Source: Heterodontus francisci (lineage: Eukaryota). Taken from it: a stretch of 64,000 nucleotides of DNA. Below the pieces are notes generated by a model. The model saw nothing but the letters and a program-made list of their open reading frames with translations. It searched no databases and was not told the origin of the DNA. The DNA lies in NCBI RefSeq assembly GCF_036365525.1, contig NC_090404.1, forward strand, positions 6,200,001 through 6,264,000. The letters run 5' to 3'. Made by a program: the position numbers and the translations under genes. Positions within the stretch are counted from its first letter, which is position 1. Every line of letters starts with the position of its first letter. Shown here piece after piece: positions 37,331-49,972 of the stretch.

Positions 37331-37369
37331 CACAGTGATGGGAACGAGCTACAGCCTCGTACAATAACT
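37331..37369 (+). promoter_or_regulatory. 23-bp-spacer recombination signal sequence (23-RSS)
   Basis: Perfect heptamer CACAGTG (37331-37337), 23-nt spacer, nonamer ACAATAACT (37361-37369; 7/9 to ACAAAAACC). Confidence 0.95.
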
Positions 37370-39098
37370 GCCGCAGGTTTCTGGGTCACAGTTGCTGTCT
37401 GCTGACGGCTGTTTATAACAGCGGATCACACACTGACACGTGAATACATTCCTGTGTGGGCAGAACCCGAGCACAATCCACATAAACACCATCTAAAATC
37501 ATTCACATCGAACACTGATTCAGTCTGATTATCACATTAACTGTGTGAGGGCAGAATTGGCTGCTGTTTATTTGTGTATCTCTGGGAATAAGTTATATCC
37601 GTGCACCGCTACTTCCGATATAACACACTGCAAATGAACAAATAATGTTTGGTTTAAAATATCAGTCTGCAGTGTAAACAGAGGTAAGCCAGGTGGGAAA
37701 GATCCTGATAATTATAATAACTTGATTAAACAATTCTCAGTGCGAGAGACACTTGTACATATTAAAACTAAAACCCTACAATATAATGAATGTCTTACAA
37801 ACAAAACTCCAAACAATAGTTTTCCGAGTGAAGGAAAATTGCTGGGGAGAAATTCAGATTTGTTCCACCAGGGGGCAGCAACGCCCCTCCTCACCACCCC
37901 ATCCCCCACATCCCTCCACGCCCAGGAATCATCTTTCAGCATCTGTCTGGAAACGCTGATCTCTGCCAGTATTACACAGGTCACACACAGACTCCCATTA
38001 ACTGCTGAACTAACGTTCATAAAGATAACGTCACCCATTGACTGGTGATGGATTTGTCGATCAGCAACTCTCTGCGTTCAAATCACATGATGCTCCGAGA
38101 ACCCACTCGGATTAAATTGGGGGAGTTCACCTGTCCTCAGTGGAGTGGATTTTCCAGCTTGTCTCTGCCACATCGATTGTGCCCAGGAAAAAGAAAACAA
38201 AGAGTTAGGTCACTTTATACAAATTCTAACACCCATTCTATCAATACCTTCAGAATCAAGTTGAAGATTATCTAGTGAGAAGTGTGAAATCTATTCGCAC
38301 CATAAAAAGTATGAACTGGAATGAATTTCCTGAAAGGATGCTGGAAGCAGATTCAGTAGTAACTTTCTAAAGGGAATTGGATAAATAACTGAATAAGGAA
38401 AAATCTTCAGGGTTTAGAGAAAGACCAGGAGAGTGGAACTGATTGTATAGCTCTTTCATAGAACCTGCAGGTTGGGCAGAATATCCCCCTTTTCTGTTGT
38501 CAGATTCCATTATTGTATTAATCAAACGTTTGTAATTGTACTCTTGAAGTTGCTATTTGTGGTATTAGTAGATGGAAGCTTAACAGCAACGGTATTAAAT
38601 AATGCCATGGTAAAATTGCAGATACAAAATCTCACCTGAACCCAATAAACATTTCAGTATCAGCTTGGCAGTGACTTGACTCTGATTTCAGAGTCAGTAG
38701 ATTGTGGATTCCATCTCAACTTCAGAACCTGAGAATATTAACTAGGCGCAGTGCTGAAAAGGCATAATCTTTCCAGCAACTATCTGAACCAATAATCTGT
38801 CCTCCACCCCTTGTCTGTTTCGGTCGACATTATAGCTCCCATGGTCCCACACTGTGTCCTGGTCAATATCGCTCCCTTCAACTAAGATGATCATAAATAC
38901 ATTTAACCGGAATTGAGCCACTTTGTTCTATTACTGATATTTCTATGCATAAATAGGCCACATTCATCTGGAATTATTTGCATGTTAAATCCTGAAGGTG
39001 CTGAGCTGGTACGTCAGTGCAAGTTGTTTCTTGATGCATTAATATCAGAAACAGTAATTGACAACATTTTTCGTAGTAGCTGCAATAACAACGGTTAG

Positions 39099-39112
39099 CC
39101 ACCAGATGGCAG
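39099..39112 (+). promoter_or_regulatory. CTCF-binding motif
   Basis: CCACCAGATGGCAG fits the CTCF core CCASYAGRKGGCRS; binding not shown. Confidence 0.55.
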
Positions 39113-40507
39113 TGAAAGCCTGATTGCTTACGTTGCACGAACAGGGCACTGCCTCAGTGAATAGTGCACTGGGCCCTGTCTCTGCTGTTTCGACCGAGGA
39201 GGAGGAATGCACTGTTTATTCTCGCCCCACTTCTCCACAGGCCACAACATATAACTAAATTCTCCCACTAACCGATACGGTCAATCATATGCTTTATTAT
39301 TCCCCAGAATAAAACACACCAACCAGGTTTCTTTAAGAAACAACAACATTATTAGTTTATTATAAAACAAGTCTGAACCAAAAATGAAGTAAAGCATACA
39401 CACAGAGATCGAATTATTAAAGCCCCTTATTTATCTTAGCCCCTCACACACACACACACACACATTCATACATACACCAGTCAAACAGAAAAATAAAAGG
39501 GATTTTGTGTTTATAGTGCTGTTACAAAGAAAACAGAAAAAAAGCCACTTAGGCTGAATACTTGTTCATACTTGAAAAAACAAAACGTATGGAAAGATGT
39601 CCTTTATTGGGTTTGGCGTCCCAAATGCGTATAGACGGCTGTCACTGGGATCTTCCTAGAACAGTTCTTTCCAGTCGATGTTGAAGATCAGTTTGGGTAG
39701 GCTTTCCAGGAAATGCAGCTACAGAGGCTTCAGATAGGTTTTACAGAAGAAATGCGGCAACAAGGATTGCAGTTCCCCCACATTCGATACTCAGGGTTCC
39801 TTCAAACACCGTTGGCATTAGGAAAACTGACACACTCTGGATTTGCAAGGTTTCTTTCCGAGAGAGAGAGGGAGGGACAGAGAGATGAGCTGGATCTTCT
39901 TTGGCATAATTCAACTATAAGTCCTTTAAAATATAACATTCAAAAAGTAGAAGCACTCCTGTAACACCTCAACCCTTGGAGAAAGGAAACATTATTTTAA
40001 ATGTGCTTCATTACGAAGTGAAAAAACAAAAGATGAAAAAATTCTAAAACAGTTTTTCACACTCATCCCCATTCAGTCCTTACCGGTAGTTAATACAATT
40101 CTGCTTTATACCATCTCTGCATTCAGATAACTCAAAACAAAGTTAGATTTTCCATAAAGCATCTGCAATAACATTATTTTTGCCCACGATGCAGATAATC
40201 TTTAAGTGATAGGGCTGTAATAGTAAATTCCATCGAACGAGCGTGACATTCTGGTTTTTAACTTTTTCCACAAAGGCTAGTGGGTTATGATTAGTAAATA
40301 CCAGTGTCTCTTTGTAGTCGTGGCGGACATAGACTTCAAAATGCTTAAAAGCCGATAATAGACCTAGGGTTTCCTTATCCACTGCTGAATATCTTTTTTG
40401 GTGTCGATTTAGTTTCTTTTGAAAAATCCCACTGGCCTTTCTATGCCTGATTCATCATCCTGTAACAGAACTACACTGACCCCTAGGTCACTAGCATCAA
40501 TTGTTAC

Positions 40508-41393
40508 TGTCAAAGACTTGAATAATTTTTTCCTCCTCAGATTAAAAAAGAGGTGTGTGTGCCTTTAAAACTATTAAAAAGCAGCACAACTTTAAGGGAG
40601 GAGAACATTCTGGAGAGATAGTTGCATTTTGGTTACCGAGCAACAGCAGCAGAGAGAGAGGTCTCATGGTATGGTGTGTCCATTTTGACATTGTGTGGAG
40701 CTAGCAAAAACCGGGTCGAAGCAGTTGGTTCTGGGAGCTTTTTCAAGCGAGGGGATCTGGAGAAAGGAGTTGTTCTGTACCCTCTCTCAAGAAAAATTCG
40801 AAAGGCTACAAACCAAATTAATTCCTTGAGGAAATAAGAAAAGCTTTTCTTTCTTAACAAATTATTTGTATTGCTGTGCTTATCGTGGAAGGAACTGTTA
40901 ATGCTACTGCAGCTGTAATGTCTGCCTATCAAGAACCGAGTATTTTCATCAAATCCAAGTGAAGATTTGAAATGAACTTTTACTATCTTCATATCAGAAG
41001 ACCTCAGTTACCAGGAACGTAAACCACTAAAACGTACTTATTTATTTTATTCTCAAGGGATAGCTTTTTTTTAAAAAAAAGCTCTATTTTTAAAACCAGA
41101 CCAATATTCTTTTTGAATGTATGTGCGTGAATGCGGGAGTTTGATTAACTTAAGCAGTTAAAAGATCTTTAGATATAGGTTTATCTTAATAGTGTTTAAA
41201 ATTTAGATCTTTTCATAAATAGTTAATTTGTTGTTGTCTGAAGATACCTAATTTGGTCTGTTTCATTCTGGGAATACTAGAGTGTTTACATTGGCTGTTT
41301 TTTCCGCTTTTGGTAAAAATTAATAAACATGCTACCATCTGTGGAGTGACGGGACTGAATTAACAGTGCCTCACTCCCACCACTGTCGTAGCA
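40508..41393 (+). mobile_element. Solo LTR nested antisense in the Gypsy RNase H region
   Basis: TGTC...TAGCA, imperfect 4-bp TSD TTAC/CTAC; host frame KPFNV|TIDAS rejoins on removal; similar to 43758-44627. Confidence 0.75.
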
Positions 41394-41519
41394 CTACGTT
41401 GAAAGGCTTAGTGAAATTTGGAGCAGCCAACATTGATTCATTAGTCAAAATGGCTTTCAGCTTCTCAAAAGATGCTTGGCACTTCCCTGACCATACTACC
41501 TTGGGTTGCTTTTTTCTAT

Positions 41520-43405
41520 GAACATGCGAACATACAAACATATGAATTAGGAGCAGGAGTAGGCCACTCAGCCCCTCGAGCCTGCTCCGCCATTCAATAA
41601 GTTCATGGCTGAACTGATTACTCCACATTACCAACTACTACAGATAACCTTCCACCCCCTTGCTCATGAATCTATCTACCTCTGCCTTAAACATATTCAA
41701 AGAGTTTGCTTTCACTGCCTTTTGAGGAAGAGAGTTCCAAAGACTCACAACCCTCTGAGAGAAACAATTTCTCCTCATCTCTGTCTTAAATGGGCGATCC
41801 CTTATTTTTAAACAGTGACCCCTAGTTCTAGATTCCCCCACAAGGGGAAACATCCTTTCCACATCCACCCTGTCAAGACCCCTCAGGATCTTATATGTTT
41901 CAATCAAGTCATCTCTTACTCTTCTAAATTCCAGCAGATACAAGCCTAGCCTATCCAATCTTTCCTCATGATATAGCCCGCCCATTCCAAGCATTAGTCT
42001 AGTAAACCTTCTTTGAACTGCTTCCAACGCATTTACATTCTTCCTTAAATCAGGAGACCAGTACTATACACAGTACTCCAGACGTGGTCTCACCAGTGCC
42101 CTGTCTATCTGAAGCATAACCTCCCTACTTTAGTACTCAATTGCCCTTGTGATAAATGATAATATTATTTATTTATTTATTTTAGAGATACAGCACTGAA
42201 ACAGGCCCTTCGGCCCACCGAGTATGTGCCGACCAACAACCACCCATTTATACTAACCCAACAGTAATCCCATATTCCCTACCACTGACCTACACTAGGG
42301 GCAATTTACAACGGTCAATTTATCTATCACTTGCAAGTCTTTGGATGTGGGAGGAAACCGGAGCACCCGGCGAAAACCCACGCGGTCACAGGGAGAACTT
42401 GCAAACTCCGCACAGGCAGTACCCAGAATCGAACCCGGTCCCCGGAGCTGTGAGGCTGTGGTGCAAACCACTGCGCCACTGTGCCGCCCATTAGCTTTCC
42501 TAATTACGTGCTGTACCTGCATACTAACCTTTTGTGATTCATGCATTAGGACACATAGATCCCTCTGCATCTCAGAGCTCCGCAATCTCTCACTATTTAG
42601 ATAATAGGCTTCTTTTTTATTCTTCCTGCCAAAATGGACAACTTCACATTTTCCCACATTATACTCCATCTGCCAGATTTTATTTCCCACTCACTTAACT
42701 GATCTATATCCCTTAGTAGCTTCTTTATGTCCTCTTCACAACCTACGTTCCTACCTATCTTTGTTTCATCAACAAATTTAGCAAGCATACCTTCGATTTT
42801 CTCACCTAAGTCATTTATGTAAATTGTAAAAAATTGAGGCCCCAGCACAGATTCCTGTGGCACACCACTTGTTACATCTTTCCGACCAGAAAATGACCCA
42901 TATATGCCTACTCTCTGTTTCCTGTTAGCTAGCCAATCTTCTATCCACGCCAATATGTTACCCTCTACACCATGAGCTTTTATGTTTTGCAATAACTTTG
43001 ATGTGGCACCTTATCAAATGCCTTCTGGAAATCTAAGTACATCCACCCGTTCCCCTTCATCCACAGCACATGTAAACCCCTGAACGAACTCTAATAATTT
43101 GTTTAAACATGATTTTCCTTTCACTAAACCAAGTTGACTCTGCCTGATAACTTTACATTTTCCTAAATGCCCTGCTATAACATCTTTAATAATAGCTTCT
43201 AACATTTTCCCTAAGACAGATATTAAGCTAATTCGACTGTAGTTTCCTGCTTTCTGTCCCCCTCCCTTTTTGAATAAAGGTGTTACTTTCACTATTTTCC
43301 TGTCCAACAGAACTTTCCCTTAATCTGGAGAATTTTGGAAAATTAAAACTAACGCATCGACTATCTCACTAGCCACTTCTTTGAAGACTCTAGGATGAAG
43401 TCCCG
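41520..43405 (-). mobile_element. CR1 RT/3' fragment nested in Gypsy pol, containing a V-SINE (42167-42489, minus)
   Basis: Peptides at 43014-43307, 42597-42992, 41638-42027; SINE near-identical to other copies. Confidence 0.87.
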
Positions 43406-43757
43406 GGGAATACGAAAGCATAGTGTTCAATCTCCCTAGCAATTTGGTATTAGCTAACCGAATAGTAGGAGATTCAATCTGAAAATTGTCTCGCCCTCAT
43501 TCTGCCTCATCCTCACTATCCATTTCATCCTTCACTGTCCCTACTACCTGACATACTTGTGCTTGCTTATCCTCCTAGCGGCGATAATAGTGTTTCACTA
43601 TATTGTTATGACACAGCTGATTCTTTTTTCCAGTGATCTGGGTGTCAATCAAATAATTTAATTTACCAATTCTTTTGATCACTTTATATGGACCAATGAA
43701 CCGTGCTTTGAACGGTTCGCCCTGTAAAGGTAGTCATGCTAACATTTTGCACCCTGG

Positions 43758-44627
43758 TTCACGGACCTGCAATTATTTTCCCTCTCGGATTAAAAACAGT
43801 GTGTGTGTCTTTAATACTCTGTAAAAAATAGTGCACCTTTAACGGAGAACAACGTTCTGGAGACACAGTGGACCATAGCTGCATTTTTGTTACCATGGGC
43901 AATAGCAGTAGAGAGAGAGAGGTCACATGGTACGATCTGTCCACTTGACTATGTGTGGAACTGGCAGAAACCACCAGAAAGCCGTTAGTTCTGAGAGATT
44001 TGACGGTGAGGCGAAGAGAACAGAAAGGAGCTGTTTATTCTCTCAGCAAAAATTCTACAAGGTGCTACAAACCAGGTTAATTCCCTGAGTAAAGAAGAAA
44101 AGCTTTCCTTTTTCAAAAAAATATTTTTATTGCTCAGCTTATCGTTCAAATGAGCTGTGTAATGCCTACTACAACTGAAGAGTTGAATGCTTATCTTCTG
44201 AAGGACTATTTTCATCAAATCCGGATGAAGACTTCGAGTGACCTTTGACCATTTCCACATTAGAAGCCCTCATCTATCAGGAACATAACCTGCAAAGCCG
44301 TTCTTATTTTATTTGAAAAACTCCACTTTTTAAAAACCAGTTAACTGTTAGTTTAACAGTGTCTGTGTGTGAATGCAAGAGTTAGATTAAGATAAGAAGT
44401 TATTAGGTCTTTAGATATAGGTTTATCTTAATAGTGTGTAAGATTTCGTTTTTTCATAAACATTTGTTGTTGTCTGAAGATACCTGGTTTGGTCTGTTTC
44501 ATTCTGGGGTTACTAGAATGTTTAATTTGGCTGTTTATCGATTGAGTGTGAAAGCTTAATAATATGCTGCGACCAGTGGAGTGACGGGAATGAATTAACA
44601 GTGCGTTGCTCCCACCGCATCATAACA
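43758..44627 (+). mobile_element. Second solo LTR of the same family, nested in the Gypsy integrase
   Basis: Colinear with 40508-41393; ends CATAACA; 5' end and TSD unclear. Confidence 0.65.
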
Positions 44628-45340
44628 GCATGCTTGCCTCCCCATTCTTCGAAGTTGTTTGGGAAGCTTTGTGTTCTGGGGTCACTTTCCAAGTTCTTGG
44701 GCGCTGCTCCTGGAACACGGATACTTAACCTAGCACAGAAGATTCGTCCCTCTGTTCTAAAAACCTTTCTTCAAATAGTTTTAGAGGACCTCTTATCGCA
44801 TGTCCATAAAGTAATTCAAAAGGGCTAAAATTCCATCCCTTTATCCCAATCAAGGGGATATTCATGACAATATGCCCTACTCATTGTTTTAAGTGTCTGA
44901 TGGTACCTTTCTAAAGTTGCCTGTGTCTGTGGGTGCTATGCTGAAGACTAAAGGTTCTGCACAGTAACCCAACATCCTACTAAATGGTTCCCCAAAAACT
45001 GGTCTGGGAATTAGAGGTGCTGATATATGGTAGGTTGCGGTTATCCCACAATCTGGCACATATAGCACGTTGTACAAAACTGCACCACGTCTTTGGAAAG
45101 AACTGGCCAGTACAAATGTCGACTTATACGTGATTTGGTTTTCCGATCCTCACTTGTCCCGCTATCCGAATATCATGTGCTATCTTTCATAGTTCACAGA
45201 ATACTTAGGCGGCACCACTATCTGATGAACTACTGTCCGTTCTTCATCTGCGGTTCTATGAGGAGGTCTTTGCTTTCTCATCAGAATCCCATTTTCAATA
45301 TAATAGAATTCTGGAACTCCTTTTACCTCAGCTTCTGTTT

Positions 45341-45610
45341 NNNNNNNNNNNNNNNNNNNNNNNNNNNNNNNNNNNNNNNNNNNNNNNNNNNNNNNNNNNN
45401 NNNNNNNNNNNNNNNNNNNNNNNNNNNNNNNNNNNNNNNNNNNNNNNNNNNNNNNNNNNNNNNNNNNNNNNNNNNNNNNNNNNNNNNNNNNNNNNNNNNN
45501 NNNNNNNNNNNNNNNNNNNNNNNNNNNNNNNNNNNNNNNNNNNNNNNNNNNNNNNNNNNNNNNNNNNNNNNNNNNNNNNNNNNNNNNNNNNNNNNNNNNN
45601 NNNNNNNNNN
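45341..45610. other. Assembly gap (270 N)
   Basis: Run of N inside Gypsy pol. Confidence 1.
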
Positions 45611-47321
45611 GGATCAGCTTGCTGAGCCGTGATCAGAGAAGACTTATTAAGCATTTCCTTTGGATTATCCAAATCCCCAAAGAAAGTTTCAGATCTACGG
45701 CTATCTGATTGTCATGCCAATCTTACCTCCAATAACGAAAATTGCTTAGTCATTGCTCGGATTACTGCACATGAAGGAAAAATTCCTGGAACCTTTTCCT
45801 GTCTCTTTAACTTCACTTGGATTTTCCGAGACTACTGGAGAAGCTGCTACTTTATCTCCAGCCAAGTCCTTCCTCAGGAATAGCTCAACTCCGTCTACTG
45901 GCAAACTAAGGACAACTCCTACAGTTAGTGTTCCAGGCATTAGGTCACACTGTAGCTGCACCCGATACAACTGTACGGGTATATACTCCCCGCCAATACC
46001 ATTCAATAAAACATTAACGTTCAGTGCGTTCTCTGGTGGAAATGCTATGCCTTTCCCCAGCAAAAGAATTTGGATGGCTCCTGTATCCCTGCGTATAACT
46101 CTAGGTTTGCCTGCCTCACTCGAGGGATAAGGCGTTATTTTCCTTTCAACAAGAATTCCCTATAACTCTCAGGTATCTTATTCAGAACCCCTGCACTCAC
46201 ATTATTTTTTGTATTTGGCCTTACAGCTGCAGTAAGAGCTACAGCCTGATCTGCTGTACTCTCAGTCAGGGTCCCTTTGTCTACATTGACTTTGTGTACG
46301 CCAATAAATCCCATGGGTTTACTCTGCAACTTCCAGCATTCTGCACGATGATATCCCACCTTGTGACCACGGTAACACTTGGGCTTGCCAGCCTCATTTC
46401 CACCCTCAGCATCTTCCTTTCTGGCCTGAGGAGGAGATCCTGGGGCGTTCCCAGATATCCCTTCTTGTCCCCGGCTACTTGCCATCCTTTCACCCTCCCA
46501 CCCTCCATTCTCGAGTTTGTGGGGGTGATGAACAAAGGGTTTGGGTTTATGCACAAGCTTATAATCATCAGCAATTTCCGCTGCCGTCTGGCCATTGAAA
46601 ATGTCTGGTTCACGACATGGGTTCTCACTCATGGAGGGAGTGAATTTTTAAATTCTTCCAGGAGAATTAGTTTCCTAATGTTCTCAGACGTGGCTTCCAT
46701 CTTTAGTGCCCGTATCCAACCATCAATATTAATTTGCTTTATCCTCTCAAATTCTACATAAGGCTGCCCAGACAATCTCCGGAGGTTCCGAAATTTCTGT
46801 TGGTAAGCTTCAGGGACTAACTAATAAGCAGCGAGAATAGCCTTTATTGCCATCTCATACTCTGCAGAAGCCTCCTCAGAAAGCATAGCATAAACTTTAT
46901 GAGCTCTGCCCATCAACCTACTTTGCATAAGCCGTGTCCAACTTTCCTTTGGCCACTTCATCTGTGAGGCTACCTTTTCAAAATAAATGAAAAATGCCAC
47001 AGTATCCTTTTGATCAAACTTAAGGAGTACTTGTACAAATTTAAACTGCTCTCTGCTGAGTACTGGGCTGAAGCTAGATCTTTCCTCACCAGAATTTTCC
47101 TTGAAGTCATGGTCACCCTTTGACTTAGTTCCACATTTTGAACTTCAACTTCCCTTTCTCCTTTTTCTCTTTGAAATTCCTTTTCAAGCGCAAGCTTTTT
47201 TTTCAATTCCATTTCTTTTTCTCTGTCAAGTCGAAGTTTTTCCATTTCCTGTTCCCGCTCAAGCTGCTTCATCTGCTTCATCTGTAACTGAAATTTAGCT
47301 AATTCAACTGTACTACCTTCT

Positions 47322-47569
47322 AAAATAAAAACAAGAAATGCTGGAAATACTCAGCAGGTCTGGCAGCATCTGTGGAGAGAGAAGCAGAGTTAACGATTCA
47401 GATCAGTGACCCTTCTTCGGAACTGACCAGTTCTGAAGAAGGGTCACTGACCCGAAACGTTAACTCTGCTTCTCTCTCCACAGATGCTGCCAGACCTGCT
47501 GAGTATTTCCAGCATTTCTCGTTTTTATTTCAGATTTCCAGCATCCGCAGTATTTTGCTTTTATTTTAG
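47322..47569 (+). mobile_element. Palindromic Penelope pLTR-derived element inserted in gag
   Basis: About 100-bp inverted arms (47322-47425 / 47428-47530) plus tail; 13-bp TSD TGTACTACCTTCT / TGCACTACCCTCT. Confidence 0.85.
47429..47465 (+). ncRNA. Minimal type I hammerhead ribozyme motif
   Basis: Stem I AGUU/AACU, core CUGAAGA plus extra A, stem II GGGUC-ACU-GACCC, GAAA, loopless palindromic stem III ACGU, predicted cleavage after GUU (47461). Confidence 0.72.
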
Positions 47570-49413
47570 TGCACTACCCTCTGGTTTGCTTTCTTTTTCC
47601 AATTGTAAATGTTGTACTATTACTTCAATTATGTCTGCGTTCCTAGCTCCTGGTTGTAACTCTAACCCCAATTTTTCCACCAATGCTATTAGCATGACCT
47701 TGGTCAAATTCGTTAAATCACTCAGGGATACATCCTCCGTTCCCAGAAAAGTCGCAGCAACTGTTAAAGACATTCCGGTGGTGTAGACTTTACTCTGTTA
47801 CACAAGAAACCTGGTTAATTTTATTTTTCCTTTTTTCAATTATTATTAACCCAGTTACAATGGTACATCGATGGCACTGGGTTTATCCTGGACGAGCCCC
47901 CACTTATATGTTACGACCAACACTGGAGGAGTGCACTGTTTACTCTAGTCCCATTTCTCCACAGGTCACAACATATAATTAAATTCTCCCACATACGGAT
48001 ACGGATTCATATACCCTATTTTTCCCAGAATAAAACGCACCAACCAAATTTATTTAATAACAAAATGATCAGCTTATTATAAAATCATTCTTAACCAATA
48101 ACGAAGTAAAAAATACACACACACAGATTGAAATACTAAAGCCCCTTATTTATCTTAGCCCTTCACACACAAATACATACATACACTGGTTAACCAGAAA
48201 AATAGAGAGTTTTGTGATAGCGCTGTTAAAAAGAAAACAGAAAAATACACTTAGGCTGAATACGTGTTCATACTTGTATGGAAAGATGTCCTCGACATAC
48301 ATACTACATACGAATTAGGAGCAGGAGTAGGCCACTCGACCCCTCGAGTCTGCTGCGCCATTCAATAAGTTCCTGGCTGAACTGATAACTCCACATTCCC
48401 GCCTACCCCCGATAAACTTTCACCCTCTTGCTTATCAAGAATCTATCTACCTCTGCCTTCGAAATATTCAAAGACTCTGCTTCCACCGCCTTTTGAGGAA
48501 GAAAGTTCCACAGATTCACGACCTTCTGAGAGATGTGGTACCTTATCAAATGTCTTCTGAAAATCTAAGTACAATACATCCACCGATTCCCTTCATCGAC
48601 AGACATGTAACCCCCTCAAAGAACTCCAATAAATTTGTAAACACTATTTCCCTTTCACAAAAACATGTGACTCTGCCTGATGACCTTGATTTTTTTAAAG
48701 TTTGCTACTATAACATCTTTACTAATAGCTTCTAACATTTTTCCTAAGACAGATGGTACGCTAACCAGTCTTTGTTTTGGTTTGGCGTCACAAATGCTTA
48801 TTTGTGTCACTGGGATCATTTGTGATCTGTGTCACCGGCTGTCACTGGGATCTTCCCAGTACAAGTCTTTCCAGGCCATGTTGAAGATCAGTTTGAGTAG
48901 AATTTCCAAGAAATGCAGCTACAGAGGCTTCAGATGGGTCTTATAGCAGAAATGTGGCATCAAGGGTTTCAGTTCCCCCACATTCGGTACACAGCATTTC
49001 TTCAAATACAGTTGGAAATAATAAGACTGGCACACTCTGGATTAGCAAGATTTCTTTCCAAGAGAGAGTGAGATGAGCTGGGAAGGTAAAAACAAGCTGT
49101 ATTTTTTTACAATTCAGACAGAAACTAAAACCATTTCAGAAGTCAAGCATCCTGACCTCTATAAATCGTGACCTATCACTTCTTTGTAAACATCTCCCCA
49201 AATGAAAGACAGCCCCTGCTGGGTGATTATCCACAGACAGGTGCCTTCCAGAAAGACTTGTTTACAAGCTAATCCAGGAACTTTTTGGTGACTTCTTTAA
49301 TAAAATACACAAAGTTCAGCATCTCTTCAAGATTCCAAATGAATCAGTGTCCATAATTCAACGAGAAGTCCTTAAAAACATATTTTACAAAAAACAGAAG
49401 CACTCTTGTAACA

Positions 49414-49972
49414 CTGTTCAGATTAAACTAGACCCTGCCACTGTTTATATACATCTAGATCATGCCTCTGTTTATATAGGTCTAGACTATGGCTCTGTTC
49501 ATATTACTCTAGTCTCTGTGTGTTTTTATGTTGCAATACACCGTGTGTCTGTTTGCATTACACTACATTACACTAGAGCGTGTCTCTGTTTATATAACAC
49601 TAGACCCTGTCTCTGTTTATATTACACTAGACCCTGTCTCTGTTTATGTTACACTAGGTGCTTTCTCCGTTTATATTACACTAGACCATATATCTGTTTA
49701 TATTAAACTAGACCCTCTCTCCGTATATGAACCTGGACCCTGTCTCTGTTTATATTAAGATGGACCTTGTCTCTGTTTATACAAAATTAAGCACTCTATC
49801 AGTTATTATTATATGTGGCCACGTCTCTGTATATACTCAGGTAGGCTGTGTCGCTGATTACTTTAGACAAGGCGCTGCCTCCGATGATTACTGCACCAGA
49901 TAATGTCACTGTTTGTGTCATACTAGGCCTCGCCTCTGTTTGTATTACACTGGGCCTGTCTCTGTTTATATT
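49414..49972. repeat. 27-bp minisatellite (ACACTAGACCCTGTCTCTGTTTATATT), degenerate
   Basis: Clear units at ~49570-49790; related degenerate units at 39140-39185, 53445-53820, 59820-59930 and 61540-61675. Confidence 0.88.

Larger units (their letters stand above)
39186..49413 (-). mobile_element. Degraded Gmr1-like Ty3/Gypsy LTR retrotransposon (gag-PR-IN-[RT]-RH)
   Basis: Related LTRs 47909-49413 and 39186-39966 (TG...CA); tRNA-Pro PBS TGGGGGCTCGTCCAGGAT at 47885-47902; imperfect TSD CTGC/CTGT; gag from 47773, knuckle-like KCYRGHKVGYHRAECW, protease RDTGA (~46085), integrase zinc-binding region ~44890-45200 and GPY ~43690, RNase H IDAS..KETLGL at 40143-40507. Confidence 0.88.

Noticed and set aside
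38850-38856. CACTGTG heptamer as a J or D RSS
   Set aside because: No nonamer at 12-nt spacing, no J frame follows, and it lies in SINE-like sequence.
45093-45672. ORFs spanning X runs
   Set aside because: Artefacts of the assembly gap.
49347-49758. Repetitive ORFs (TLDPVSVYI, YTRPCLCL) and a CRISPR-like look
   Set aside because: Translation of a head-to-tail 27-bp minisatellite with no spacers; eukaryotic context.
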